A DNA stretch of 64,000 bases from Candidatus Latescibacterota bacterium (GCA_965226795.1 CBDDDZ010000004.1:704001-768000); one strand, 5' to 3'; positions 40,206 to 50,266 are shown, counted from the first letter of the stretch. Made by a program: numbers and translations. The notes: a model not told the origin generated them from the letters alone.

Positions 40206-42272
40206 TCAGAGGCTCTCCTTGATCTTTGCCGTAACCTTATCTGTATCCATCAAGTCCATTTGGGTCAGCCGCTCCACAATCCGTCCTTGCGGATCCACGA
40301 GGAAATAGGAAGGCACACCGCGGACGTTGTACATCTTGCCCACGTCCGAGCCTGTTGTACGCACGTGTACGCCTTTGATCTTGTGCTTTTTAATAGCGGT
40401 GCGCCAGGCCGTCTCATTGGCGTCTATCGAGAGGTTCAGGAAGACCACCGGCTGATCGGCCGTTTTTTGTTTGATTCTTCGGAGATAGGGCAGATTGGCG
40501 ATACACGGCCCACACCAACTCGCCCAGAAGTCCAGCAGAACCGCCTGGCCTTTGTACTTGCTCAGTGAGACCGGCTGGCCGTCCATGTCATGGAGTGTAA
40601 AATCCGGGGCCAGCCGCCCCGGTTGCAGCGTCATCGCCTTATTGAGGGCCGCCTGAACTGCCTCCGTGTATTCGGGATACGGGTTGATCGCCTTGAAGTC
40701 TTCCCACTTGCGAAAGGCCAACGCAAACGCATCGCTGCCGAGCTTGACGCCATCGATCAGCTGTCCTGCCAGAAACCAGTAGAGCACCCTCCCCGACAGT
40801 TTTCGCTTGGCCAGATCGTACAACCTGGGAAAAAGCCAACCCCGCTGGGGGCTATTTGCATAGATCGAGTCCAGATGGGCCCGGGAGGCGTCCGTTAGGC
40901 CCAGGCTCGAGAGATCGACCTTCTCGGACAGCTTGAGCGGTTGGCGATGTACATAAAGGGAGTCGAGTTGAGTCCGGACCATCGGCGGCAGACCCAGGCT
41001 CGACAGGTCGACCTCTTCGGACAATTTCAGCGTCCTTCTGAGGGATCTCATCAGTTCACGAGGATCCGCCTTCTCCTCTATCGGCAGATGCAATACGAGC
41101 GCCCCGCTCGTCGTATCCAACTCAGGTGTGCTGATTTTGTAAGACGTAATCATGGTCAAGCCTCGCCCACTCTTCGCGTAGAACGAGTCAATCCTGGCAT
41201 GGTCCGCCGGCGCCACGCCCATCTTCGCCAAGTCGTACCGCATGGAGAATTTCAGCTTTTTCGTCCGTTTGTGCATCGAGTCGAGCCGCGCCTGAACGGC
41301 TGGCGACAGACCAGCCGATGAAAGATCGACCATTTGCGACAGCCGGGGCTTCCGGCCCGTCTTTTCGTACAAAGAGTCGAGTTGGACTTGTGCCTCCGCC
41401 GGCAATTCCATTGACAATAGATCGTACATCTCTGACAACTTGAGCGGTTTGCGTTCCTTACCTAACTCCCATCCCAGCGTCCGCACCAGAAAGGTGTGGT
41501 AATTGCTCACGCCAATAGCATTCTCGTCGACCAGAGAGATTTCGTTCAGAAAGTCGTAGTACTCCGGGGTGATTTCTTTGTTCCCGTAGCCGTTAGCAAG
41601 CGAGTAATTGGTCGGGTAGGAAATCATGAATCTACCCCACCCGTAGTTGAAGTAGGTCGTCGCAAAGTCGATGAAGGCTGGGGACAACGAATATTTCTGG
41701 CGTCCCTTGGCCAGGGATTCGAACTGCTTGCGGCGCCACCGTTGTATCTTCCGCGTAAAGTCCGCCAACTTGAGATCCTTGTAGTCTAGATCCCGTTGGA
41801 ACCTGCGAAATCGTGGGATCCACCAAGACATGAAGCGGCAGTTGTCAGCATTCTGGCCGCTGAACCGCAGGGAGGAGGAGAAATAGCCTGGTTCGACGAC
41901 AACGTGAAGGCTGTCTCCGGGTTCAATAAAAAGGGCTATGGGACTGGGAGGTCCGAAGACGTAGAATACGATCCACCCCATCCATTTCCACGTCGGTCTT
42001 CTGGTTGGATAACTGCACACAACATAGTTCGCTCGTGAGAGAGGCACGGTGAGTGCAAAGCGATTGTGGCTATCGAGGACCACGCGCTGCTCGGAGCTTC
42101 TTCCCAGAGCGAGAGGCGACTGGAAGTTGAACGTGATCTCCCGCGAGGTCGGCTCCCGGACTTCGCCTGTAATGACCGCAACCGACGGCTGGCTTTGGGG
42201 ACTTTCCGCGGCCAGACAAGCGCTTGAGGCCATGAGAAACGTGACCAGGACATGAAAGTATGTGTTCAACAT
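40206..42272 (-). CDS. Secreted TlpA/ResA-like redoxin with five internal repeats (paralog 2)
   Basis: Signal peptide; LLDFWASWCGPC; colinear with 33342..35414. Confidence 0.88.
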   Translation of the reverse strand: MLNTYFHVLVTFLMASSACLAAESPQSQPSVAVITGEVREPTSREITFNFQSPLALGRSSEQRVVLDSHNRFALTVPLSRANYVVCSYPTRRPTWKWMGWIVFYVFGPPSPIALFIEPGDSLHVVVEPGYFSSSLRFSGQNADNCRFMSWWIPRFRRFQRDLDYKDLKLADFTRKIQRWRRKQFESLAKGRQKYSLSPAFIDFATTYFNYGWGRFMISYPTNYSLANGYGNKEITPEYYDFLNEISLVDENAIGVSNYHTFLVRTLGWELGKERKPLKLSEMYDLLSMELPAEAQVQLDSLYEKTGRKPRLSQMVDLSSAGLSPAVQARLDSMHKRTKKLKFSMRYDLAKMGVAPADHARIDSFYAKSGRGLTMITSYKISTPELDTTSGALVLHLPIEEKADPRELMRSLRRTLKLSEEVDLSSLGLPPMVRTQLDSLYVHRQPLKLSEKVDLSSLGLTDASRAHLDSIYANSPQRGWLFPRLYDLAKRKLSGRVLYWFLAGQLIDGVKLGSDAFALAFRKWEDFKAINPYPEYTEAVQAALNKAMTLQPGRLAPDFTLHDMDGQPVSLSKYKGQAVLLDFWASWCGPCIANLPYLRRIKQKTADQPVVFLNLSIDANETAWRTAIKKHKIKGVHVRTTGSDVGKMYNVRGVPSYFLVDPQGRIVERLTQMDLMDTDKVTAKIKESL

Positions 42273-42358
42273 GAGACTCTCTCCTGAATAAAGGTTTCGC
42301 GCACCGGAAAGCTCCTAAAGAACCCGTCGCTTTCAGCCGGGTTGGAGTATGAATCGCC

Positions 42359-42481
42359 CTAAGTCGCGATCGTGATGACCGCGCAGATCCGGGCTATCGC
42401 ACGTGCAAGCCAATGCAACCATGCGCTCGCCTGCGTTCTCAACACCAGGCTGGCCCACTGCAGCTCTCGGGGTGAATTCAT
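42359..42481 (-). pseudogene. 40-codon remnant of a deleted permease paralog
   Basis: ATGA overlap with ATPase stop; WASLVLRTQASAWLHW resembles CACKVLRERASGRFQW of the permease. Confidence 0.5.
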
Positions 42482-43377
42482 GGCTGTCCTCCTGAGTCCG
42501 GCTGGACATGGGCTACGAAGGCCTCCTCCAGCCCCACGTCCAGCACGTCCACGATGCGTCCGCCCTGCGCCTGGATCCGGGCGGCCTGTTCCTCGCCGTA
42601 TTCCGCCACGGTCAACAGCCGATGCGGCCCCTCTCCCTGCACCTGCCGCAGTCCGCCGATTTCCGTCAATTCATCCACCCCATCGGGCAGCCGTACCGCG
42701 ACCCGCTTGACCGACTGTTTCACCTCGTCCACCATGCCCTCGATCACCAGGCGGCTCTTGTCGATAATGGCCACCCGGTCGGCTACGCGCTCCACCTCAT
42801 GGACGAGGTGCGAGGACAGGAAGACCGTGCGGCCCTCCTCCTGGATGAGCCCGATGATGCTCTCCAGAAAGTCGCGCCGCACCAGTACGTCCAGCCCCGA
42901 GGCCGGCTCGTCCAGGATCAGCAGCCGCGGTTCGTGACCCAGGGCCACGGCGAGGGCCAGTTGGGCGTTCATCCCGCGGGAGAGGTGCTTGACCTTCTGC
43001 TCCGGGTCCAGATCGAACCGGTGGATGAGCGCATCCACCCTGTCCTGGTTCCAGGTTTCGTAGAACTGTCGGTTGAACCAGATGAGTTCCCGCACCCTCA
43101 TCCAGCCGTACATCACCCGATTCTCGGCCACGTATCCCACCTGCCTCCGAAGCGCCAGCGAATCCCTTTCCGGATTCAGCCCAAGGACCTCTACCTTCCC
43201 TTCCGTGGGCTGCAACAGGTTCATGAGTATCTGAATCGTCGTGGTCTTGCCGGCGCCGTTGCGGCCGAGGAAACCGCAGACCGTACCAGCGGGCACGTCG
43301 AGCCAAAGATCGTCCACGGCAGTGAGCTTGCCGAAGCGATGGGTCAATCCTTCAATCGAGATCGCTGAACCGTTCAT
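42478..43377 (-). CDS. ABC exporter ATP-binding protein (YtrB-like)
   Basis: GRNGAGKT, LSRGM, LILDEP, SSH. Confidence 0.95.
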   Translation of the reverse strand: MNGSAISIEGLTHRFGKLTAVDDLWLDVPAGTVCGFLGRNGAGKTTTIQILMNLLQPTEGKVEVLGLNPERDSLALRRQVGYVAENRVMYGWMRVRELIWFNRQFYETWNQDRVDALIHRFDLDPEQKVKHLSRGMNAQLALAVALGHEPRLLILDEPASGLDVLVRRDFLESIIGLIQEEGRTVFLSSHLVHEVERVADRVAIIDKSRLVIEGMVDEVKQSVKRVAVRLPDGVDELTEIGGLRQVQGEGPHRLLTVAEYGEEQAARIQAQGGRIVDVLDVGLEEAFVAHVQPDSGGQP

Positions 43378-43396
43378 ATCGACTCCTTACTCCCTG

Positions 43397-43786
43397 TCAA
43401 TCTTCTTTCCGAAACCGGTCAAGGCGTTCCCGGATGACCTGCTCCATCTCCTCCGGGCTCAGTTCCAGTTCGACGCCCTGCACCAGCGCCCTGTCCAGCA
43501 ATTGCCGCACGATCTCCAACTTTTCCTCGCGAGATATGGTTACGTCCCGCTCTCCGACGTACGTGCCCATCCCCCGCTTCTTGTAGATGAAGCCCTCGCG
43601 CTCCAGTTCCAGGTAGGCGCGCGCCACGGTATTCGGGTTGATCAGGTACTGGCTGGCGAGATCCCGCACCGAGGGCAACTCTTCGTGCGCCTTCAGCACC
43701 CCCCGGGCCATCTGGTACCTGATCTGCTCCATCATCTGCAGGTAGATGGGTACCCCGTTGGCGGAATTGATGCGCAAGGGCAACAT
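43397..43786 (-). CDS. GntR-family regulator, YtrA subfamily
   Basis: PIYLQ, LPSVR.LA, INPNTVARAY..LE.EG, RG.GT.V; short C-terminus. Confidence 0.93.
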   Translation of the reverse strand: MLPLRINSANGVPIYLQMMEQIRYQMARGVLKAHEELPSVRDLASQYLINPNTVARAYLELEREGFIYKKRGMGTYVGERDVTISREEKLEIVRQLLDRALVQGVELELSPEEMEQVIRERLDRFRKED

Positions 43787-43912
43787 GAAGTCACTTCCAG
43801 TCTATCGCAGAGCGGCGCGACCGGTGACGGGACAGCAAGATCCCGCCGTCCTGCAACCGAGGGCCGGTCAGCGGTGGGTTCCGAATCGCGTCCTCGTCGG
43901 ACGCCAACAGAG

Positions 43913-43972
43913 TATTACTGTATGGGTGAACCGATACAGTAATATACTAATTAATCCACCCCTGTAAATCAA
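43913..43972 (-). promoter_or_regulatory. Promoter plus palindromic operator of the GntR operon
   Basis: TTGATT-N17-TAGTAT (minus strand) directly followed by TATTACTGTAT-N10-ATACAGTAATA. Confidence 0.7.
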
Positions 43973-44210
43973 GTACTTTTTCGCAACCAGGTTAAACAAA
44001 GGTCCGGTACGTGATACCGATATGTAGATAATTTATAAAAGAATCAATATGTTAGTGGAGGGGCTTCTTATTCTGGCGGGAACAAAGAAGCATTTTGGAG
44101 GGGCCGAACGATGTAGGGCACGAGGCAAATCTCGAAAATGTGGTCGAGCACAAAGAGGCGGAAGCATTGTGCAACATTTGTATTTCAACGTCTAACGCGA
44201 CCTTAAGAGT

Positions 44211-45404
44211 TTAGAATAAGTCCCGTTGGTTCGACGTTAGTTTGTCTGGGGGCTTCGATTCCTCATCGACTCGAATTGCCTCAGATAGACTATCTGCTGA
44301 TTCGAATATTTCCTCATCACATTCATCGTACAATCCACGGTATTTCTCCTGCGGATTCCGATCATAGATCAATTCGATTTTCCGGTTTGACAGCATCCTG
44401 ATTTCCCTGACGTCATTGACCAATATCCCCACCTCCTGTTTTGTCATAACGGGAAATCCGTAGTTTTCGTTTCTGTATTTCAGCGTACCCCCTGAAGCTG
44501 TTCTTTTCCTTACGAACTCCATGTGTCTCGCCAGCCGCTCACCGATATACCGATTAGATGATGCCACAATGTCGGCTGTTCGTTCGGCTACCGCATCTGC
44601 GAAATTAGGGTCAATTTCATAGCCTACGCTGTCTCTGCACGAAGCCATCGCAGCCAACATTGAAGTGCCGGTCCCCAGGAATGGATCCAAGATTAAATCG
44701 CCTTTCAAGGAGAACATATTTACTAGCCTGTACGCAAGTTCAAATGGAAAAGCAGCACTTCTCTTGCGGAGTTTCTCGTCATCCAGGTTCTGCTTGGCTC
44801 CCTTCAAATCCATCCAGACATCCGAAAACCATATATTCCTTTCTTCCCAGAAAAAGCCGCTTCTCTTCCTTTGAAGTTTATCCTCTTCTCGTTTGAACCC
44901 CCTCTTGCCACCCTTTCTCAATACAAGGATAAATTCATGCTCCAAGGTTACGTAAGCCCCGGGCGGCAACATTCCACTACCCATAAATTTATTCGGTGCG
45001 TTCGTCTGTTTTCTCCAAAGTATCTCCGGCAAAGCCTGAAATCCCGTTTTCAAACACTGACTCAATATTCTTGAATGGCTGGGATAGAGCTTGAAGTTTC
45101 CGTTTATCGTTCGTGTGGCGTCGCCCACGTTGATGCATACAATGCCCCCCGGTTTGACGACTCTGTAGACTTCGTTCCATACCTTATCGAGAAGCTGATT
45201 CATCAACTCGAATGCGCGATTACCATCTTTGCTCTGCAATACTTTCCCTATTTCAGAATTCTGCTGGGTAAATACTCCATCCCACATTTCAATCATAGGA
45301 TAGGGCGGCGACGTAATCATCAAGTCCACTGACTCGTCCCGGAGTTCTTTCATATTATTGGAATCTACGTAAAATACCGTGTGCGTTGTTTTCAAGTCGC
45401 CCAT
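44211..45404 (-). CDS. Beta-class amino-methyltransferase, probably N4-cytosine
   Basis: TSPPY (motif IV) precedes DPFLGTG (motif I). Confidence 0.92.
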   Translation of the reverse strand: MGDLKTTHTVFYVDSNNMKELRDESVDLMITSPPYPMIEMWDGVFTQQNSEIGKVLQSKDGNRAFELMNQLLDKVWNEVYRVVKPGGIVCINVGDATRTINGNFKLYPSHSRILSQCLKTGFQALPEILWRKQTNAPNKFMGSGMLPPGAYVTLEHEFILVLRKGGKRGFKREEDKLQRKRSGFFWEERNIWFSDVWMDLKGAKQNLDDEKLRKRSAAFPFELAYRLVNMFSLKGDLILDPFLGTGTSMLAAMASCRDSVGYEIDPNFADAVAERTADIVASSNRYIGERLARHMEFVRKRTASGGTLKYRNENYGFPVMTKQEVGILVNDVREIRMLSNRKIELIYDRNPQEKYRGLYDECDEEIFESADSLSEAIRVDEESKPPDKLTSNQRDLF

Positions 45405-45491
45405 CTTGGCCCATCATCCTCCAGTCTTGTCCTCTCGTTCAATTGCCACATCCAGTTTCTCTTCCAAATTGACGTGAATTTGACTTTCCCG

Positions 45492-46091
45492 TCAAAATAG
45501 TGTCGGCGGGTTTTCATCTGGAATTTCTATTGTAATGCCGTCTTTCTTCTTATCATAGTAGACGATAGTTACGTAAATTGAATCTGCCAGACTCTGCTTT
45601 GATTTAAAAGTGATTGGTTTGATTGAAAACGGCTGGTCGCCAACAAATCCATCGATTCCTTGTGCCTCTTCATACGGATGTGCCAGACGGTAGTCACAAC
45701 CCTTCAACTCAGCCAGCCTCTTTAAGATCGCCTCTTGAAACCGAAGGCCAACAAACGTCTTCACAAGCACTAAATCCTCGACCCATCTCTTAACAAGCTC
45801 CCGACCAATAGCCGGCAATGCTGTCTGTAATTTCTCCAACATAGATGTAATTCGTTCAGTCGCGTGATCAATGGTCTCGGGGTTGTTCTCAAGATACCAC
45901 TGAACCCATTCCTGATATGTTCTGCCCGGAAACTGCTGAATCAGTTCACTCATCTGCCCGACGACTTTCGGTCTGGTTCCCTGCGCGTTTTGATTAGCCA
46001 GATTAATTATCTGGGTTGTGTACTTTGGAAACTCCGAAACTGGGGCTTCCAAGTATTCCTGAATCTCTTCGTTCTTGAGTTTAAATTTCAC
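45492..46091 (-). CDS. MjaI-family type II restriction endonuclease
   Basis: FPKYTTQIINLANQNAQGTRPKVVGQMSEL, E..GIDG......SIKP; adjacent to the MTase. Confidence 0.82.
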   Translation of the reverse strand: MKFKLKNEEIQEYLEAPVSEFPKYTTQIINLANQNAQGTRPKVVGQMSELIQQFPGRTYQEWVQWYLENNPETIDHATERITSMLEKLQTALPAIGRELVKRWVEDLVLVKTFVGLRFQEAILKRLAELKGCDYRLAHPYEEAQGIDGFVGDQPFSIKPITFKSKQSLADSIYVTIVYYDKKKDGITIEIPDENPPTLF

Positions 46092-46389
46092 CTATTACCT
46101 CGCAGAATCATAGCCTCCACTATCAATCTCGCCCAAAGTCTCCGGAAGCTTATACGATGCTGGCGAACGCCGATTTTCTGTTGCCTCTTGTGCGTCCCAA
46201 CGTTGCGAGTCCCACCCAAGCGTTCGCTTTCACCAATTTGCAATATTTCCAACTATTTGTACTATCTCCAAGGTTCTCCTATTGAGAGGCGTCAACGGGT
46301 TATGGAGAATTGATAACATGTGAATTGGGGTGTTGTAAATGGTTTTTTGGGAAATTTAACTTGACATCGTGGCGTGGTCGTACGTGATG

Positions 46390-46926
46390 TCAAAGGGAAC
46401 AAAACAACAGCGCCTCCGCGATCTTTTCTGCTTTTTGGTTGATGTGGGCTCGCGCGCTGGGATGGATGCACTTGACGTGAGACGCATCAGCATGTCGGCA
46501 GGCCAGTGCTGCGCGGTTGCCCAGAGCTATGGCTTATCGTGCTGTAATTTCGTGTCGTGTAATGTACTCAAATGATCGATAAACGTACTCCCTCGGGATC
46601 TCTTCGGAGCGTCCTCTTGGAAGCAGGTAAAACGCTTGTGTGATGTATATATCCGAACGCTTCATTCCCGCAATGTCGAGGGCGTGGTCAAGCACAATAT
46701 TGAACGGGATGTGAGGCAGGTAACCCTTTTCCTTCAGCGTGTCTCGGTGCTCAATCGCGGAGGGCCAGTCCAACCAGTGGTATGCAACCAAAAGGGGGCC
46801 GGTCTCGTTGTTCGAAATTTTCTAAATGGGCGCAACATAGTCTCCGTCAAGTCCAACATCGGTGAGTGTCTTATATCCCCGAATCGAGAATCGGCGGCGT
46901 CGAGCGATAATGTCGGACCTTGTCAT
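46390..46926 (-). pseudogene. Uracil-DNA-glycosylase-like pseudogene with two in-frame stops
   Basis: One frame with TAG at 46822-46824 and TAA at 46534-46536; IYITQA, IALGN.A, HPSAR. Confidence 0.6.
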
Positions 46927-47385
46927 GTTCGCGTCCTTTGTGTCTAAGTGGTTACGTCCATGCGGTGTACATACCCAAAATTCTTGACAACTTCTTGCTT
47001 CTTCAGTAGACTGCCGAAATAGAAAGCCGCTAAACGTTTGGGTCCGTACATCCAGTTCCGGTATCCGAATGGGCGTGTAGCTCAATTTGGGAGAGCATGC
47101 GTTGTTAAATTTCGTTGTGCTAAGCTTATTGCCCCCGGAGGATAGCATTCTCCGGCCAACGCTTCTGTCCGTGGCAGAGGCGTTTCTTTTGTATACAACA
47201 TCAATCATAACATATAGTTATTGATCAGTCAAGGAATTACTCGGGGCGCAGGAAGCGGGTGCTGCATCGCGGCGTGACCGGTAGAACGCGGCCCCGCTTG
47301 ACATCTCCAGCATGGCCTATTTCTACCCGTCCGTCACTGACTCACGAAAAGACTATCGGCCGATTCCCCCGGGAGTCGGCTTCTG

Positions 47386-48078
47386 ATGGAGTTGGATGTC
47401 TTGTTGACTTCCGAAGAGTGGATGGTTCTGGCCCTGTCGCTGCGCGTGGGGCTGGTCTGCGTGTTGTTGAGCCTGCCTCCGGCGGTCATTTTGGGATGGG
47501 TGCTTGCCCGGTGTGAATTCAAGGCCAAGATGCTGCTGGACGGCTTGTGCCACCTGCCCCTGGTGCTGCCGCCCGTGGTGACCGGCTACGTGCTGCTGAT
47601 GCTGTTCAGCCGTCGTGGCATTCTGGGTGGTTTTCTGGAGGAGTCGCTGGGAATCCAGGTGGCGTTTACGTGGAAAGGTGCGGCGCTGGCGTCGGCTGTG
47701 GTCGGATTCCCCCTGGCGTTGCGCGCCATCCGGCTGGCCATTGAAGAGGTGGACCCCCGGCTGGAACATGCAGCCCGGACCCTGGGTGCTGGACCGATCA
47801 GGGTTTTTGTTACGGTAACGATGCGGCTGGCCGCACCCGGGCTGCTGGCAGGCGCGTTGCTGGCATTCGCAAGAAGCCTGGGAGAGTTCGGCGCGACGAT
47901 CACCTTTGTGTCGAATATCGCCGGGGAGACCCGGACACTGCCCCTGGCGATCTTCACGTTTCTAAACAGACCCGGCGGAGACACGGCCGTAGCCCGCCTG
48001 GCGATCCTGTCAGTGATCCTGTCATTTACAGCGCTGGTGGCCAGCGAAGCGGTGGCCCGCCGAATGAGGAGAAACTGA
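47386..48078 (+). CDS. modB: Molybdate ABC transporter permease
   Basis: LPLVLPPVVTGY.LL, AARTLGA, FARSLGEFGATI, TRTLPLAI. Confidence 0.95.
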   Translation: MELDVLLTSEEWMVLALSLRVGLVCVLLSLPPAVILGWVLARCEFKAKMLLDGLCHLPLVLPPVVTGYVLLMLFSRRGILGGFLEESLGIQVAFTWKGAALASAVVGFPLALRAIRLAIEEVDPRLEHAARTLGAGPIRVFVTVTMRLAAPGLLAGALLAFARSLGEFGATITFVSNIAGETRTLPLAIFTFLNRPGGDTAVARLAILSVILSFTALVASEAVARRMRRN

Positions 48079-48079
48079 A

Positions 48080-49159
48080 GTGCTATCCATCCGCGTGAGG
48101 CGGGCGCTGTCGTCATTTTCGCTGGACGTAGCGGTGGATTGCCGCTATCCGGTGACGGCGATTTTCGGTCCCTCGGGCGCAGGAAAAACCACGCTTTTAA
48201 ACCTCGTGGCAGGCTTGATGCTGCCGGACGCCGGAGAGATCCGGCTGGGCGACCGTGTGCTTTTTTCGTCCGAGGAGGGCATCAACCTTCCGCCTGAAAA
48301 ACGCCGCGTGGGCTACGTATTTCAGGACGATCTGCTATTCCCGCATCTGACGGTGGCGGAGAATCTGCGATACGGGTACGATCTGTTGTCTCCGGATTCG
48401 CGCCGGTTCGAGGTGGAACCGATTGCGGACCTTCTGGGATTGACGGGGTTGATGGACAGGTATCCGACGCGATTGTCGGGCGGCGAGCGGCAGAGGGTGG
48501 CGCTGGGGCGGGCGATTCTGGCCTCGCCGGAGTTGCTCCTGATGGATGAGCCCCTGGCTTCGCTGGATCAGGAACTGAAAGATCGCATTATTCCGTACCT
48601 GCGGCACATCAGGTCGGACCTGGGCATTCCGATTCTCTACGTGAGCCACTCGGTCGCGGAGATCCTGGAATTGACGGGGCAGGTGATTGTCCTGAAAGCC
48701 GGACGGGTGCTCGCGCACGGGGATTTTTTTCACGTCGCCCATCACCCGGAGGTGCTGCCGCTGGCCGAGGCGCACGGGTTCGAAAACGTGTTACCGGTGG
48801 AGGTGGTGGCACAGGACGGGGTTCGAAAGGGCTGCCTCGTGCGCTTTGGAGATCAGGATCTTCGGGTGCCTCCCTGCAACAGGCCGGTGGGAAGCCGGAT
48901 TTTTATCGGCATTCGCGCAAACGACATCATCCTGAGCAGGAAACAGCCCGAGGGGTTGAGCATTCGCAACGCTATGCGGGGCCGGATCCTCGACGTGGCG
49001 GACGTGGAAGGAAAACAGCTGGTATACGTTGACGTGGGAAAACGTCTGGCGGTGGAGGTCACCCTGGAGGCTGTGGAAGAGTTGGACCTTAAGGTTGGCG
49101 ACCCGGTGATGTGCCTGGTGAAAGCCCACTCGATCCGGATCGGCCCGAACGTGGATTGA
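48080..49159 (+). CDS. modC: Molybdate ABC transporter ATPase
   Basis: GPSGAGKT, LSGGE, S.RN, C-terminal TOBE/Mop ..VKA. Confidence 0.95.
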   Translation: MLSIRVRRALSSFSLDVAVDCRYPVTAIFGPSGAGKTTLLNLVAGLMLPDAGEIRLGDRVLFSSEEGINLPPEKRRVGYVFQDDLLFPHLTVAENLRYGYDLLSPDSRRFEVEPIADLLGLTGLMDRYPTRLSGGERQRVALGRAILASPELLLMDEPLASLDQELKDRIIPYLRHIRSDLGIPILYVSHSVAEILELTGQVIVLKAGRVLAHGDFFHVAHHPEVLPLAEAHGFENVLPVEVVAQDGVRKGCLVRFGDQDLRVPPCNRPVGSRIFIGIRANDIILSRKQPEGLSIRNAMRGRILDVADVEGKQLVYVDVGKRLAVEVTLEAVEELDLKVGDPVMCLVKAHSIRIGPNVD

Positions 49160-49309
49160 AGGACGACTGGCGTTCAGGCACCTGCCTGCCGCGCGTTGCT
49201 TGGCGCAGGCAGGCCGCCCGGGCGTACCCCGTCATGAGTCTGGCGGGACCCGCAAATCGCGACGTCCCGCCTTTTCGCTAAAGAGCTGCGTGAATCAACA
49301 GGGTGTCCT

Positions 49310-50266
49310 TCATCGTTCACCGGCTTCTTCACCTTCATATAGCAATCTGAGAAGGGCGAGGAAGAGCCGGTCCCTCCGGTTTCGTTCTTTATCGATGGAT
49401 TCCGGCGTGTACTCGTGGAAACCGCGGCCGGTCTTCGCGCCGTAGTGCCCCGCGTCGACCAGCTTCCGGACGTTCCCGGGGAGTTCGGTGTCGGATCGGA
49501 TTTCAGGAACGAGGATCTGGTAAACGAGGGCCGAAACGTCGAGACCCGCGAAGTCTCGAACCGACAGGGGACCGGTTGCGGCCAGGCGAAAGCCGACGCT
49601 GGCTCGAACCGCGCGGTCGATGTCCTCTGGCTCGGCGACGCCACGGTCCAGGAGATCCCATATTTCGCGGGACATGGCCACCTGGATGCGGTTGATCAGG
49701 AAACCCGGAATCTCCTGCTTGAGGCGCACCGGCAGTTTACCGATCCGCTTCAGAAGGTCGACGGCGTTCTTCACGGTTCGCTCGGTCGTACGTTCTCCAG
49801 GTACGACCTCCACGAGTGGTACTATATGCGGGGGATTGAACCAGTGGGTAACCACGGCTCGCCCGGGATTTCGAAGGTCCCGGGCGATGTCAGTCATGGG
49901 AAAAGAAGAGGTATTGCTGGCCAGAATGGTCTCCCGCGAGACAATGGTTTCTATCCTGGCGAAGAGTTCCCGCTTAACGTCGAGGTCCTCCCGGACGGCT
50001 TCCGTAACGAACCGAGCCGTTTCAACCGCCTCTCGCTCGCTGTCGAACACGGCAATGCGTCCGAGCGTTTCCCGGACGGAATCCGGCGTATCCATCCCGG
50101 CCAGAATACGTTGCCGCAGGTTTGTCTCTATCCGGCGATGCAGGGATTCGCGGGCCGCAGAGGATTCGTCGTAGCAGCGGACAGGGTGTCCTGCCGCGGC
50201 GAATGCCTGCGCGATGCCATGGCCCATTGTGCCCAGGCCGATGACCGCAACTGTCTGGAGTGCCAT
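49310..50266 (-). CDS. 3-hydroxyacyl-CoA dehydrogenase family
   Basis: GLGTMG.GIA, EAV.E, ASNTS, HWFNPP..PLVE, GFLINR. Confidence 0.92.
   Translation of the reverse strand: MALQTVAVIGLGTMGHGIAQAFAAAGHPVRCYDESSAARESLHRRIETNLRQRILAGMDTPDSVRETLGRIAVFDSEREAVETARFVTEAVREDLDVKRELFARIETIVSRETILASNTSSFPMTDIARDLRNPGRAVVTHWFNPPHIVPLVEVVPGERTTERTVKNAVDLLKRIGKLPVRLKQEIPGFLINRIQVAMSREIWDLLDRGVAEPEDIDRAVRASVGFRLAATGPLSVRDFAGLDVSALVYQILVPEIRSDTELPGNVRKLVDAGHYGAKTGRGFHEYTPESIDKERNRRDRLFLALLRLLYEGEEAGER

Noticed and set aside
44211..46091. CTAG avoidance as evidence of R-M specificity
   Set aside because: CTAG is generally rare in bacteria, several sites occur here, and no count was computed
46822..46824. 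In-frame TAG in the UDG-like ORF as pyrrolysine or readthrough
   Set aside because: A second in-frame TAA at 46534-46536 points to ordinary pseudogenisation
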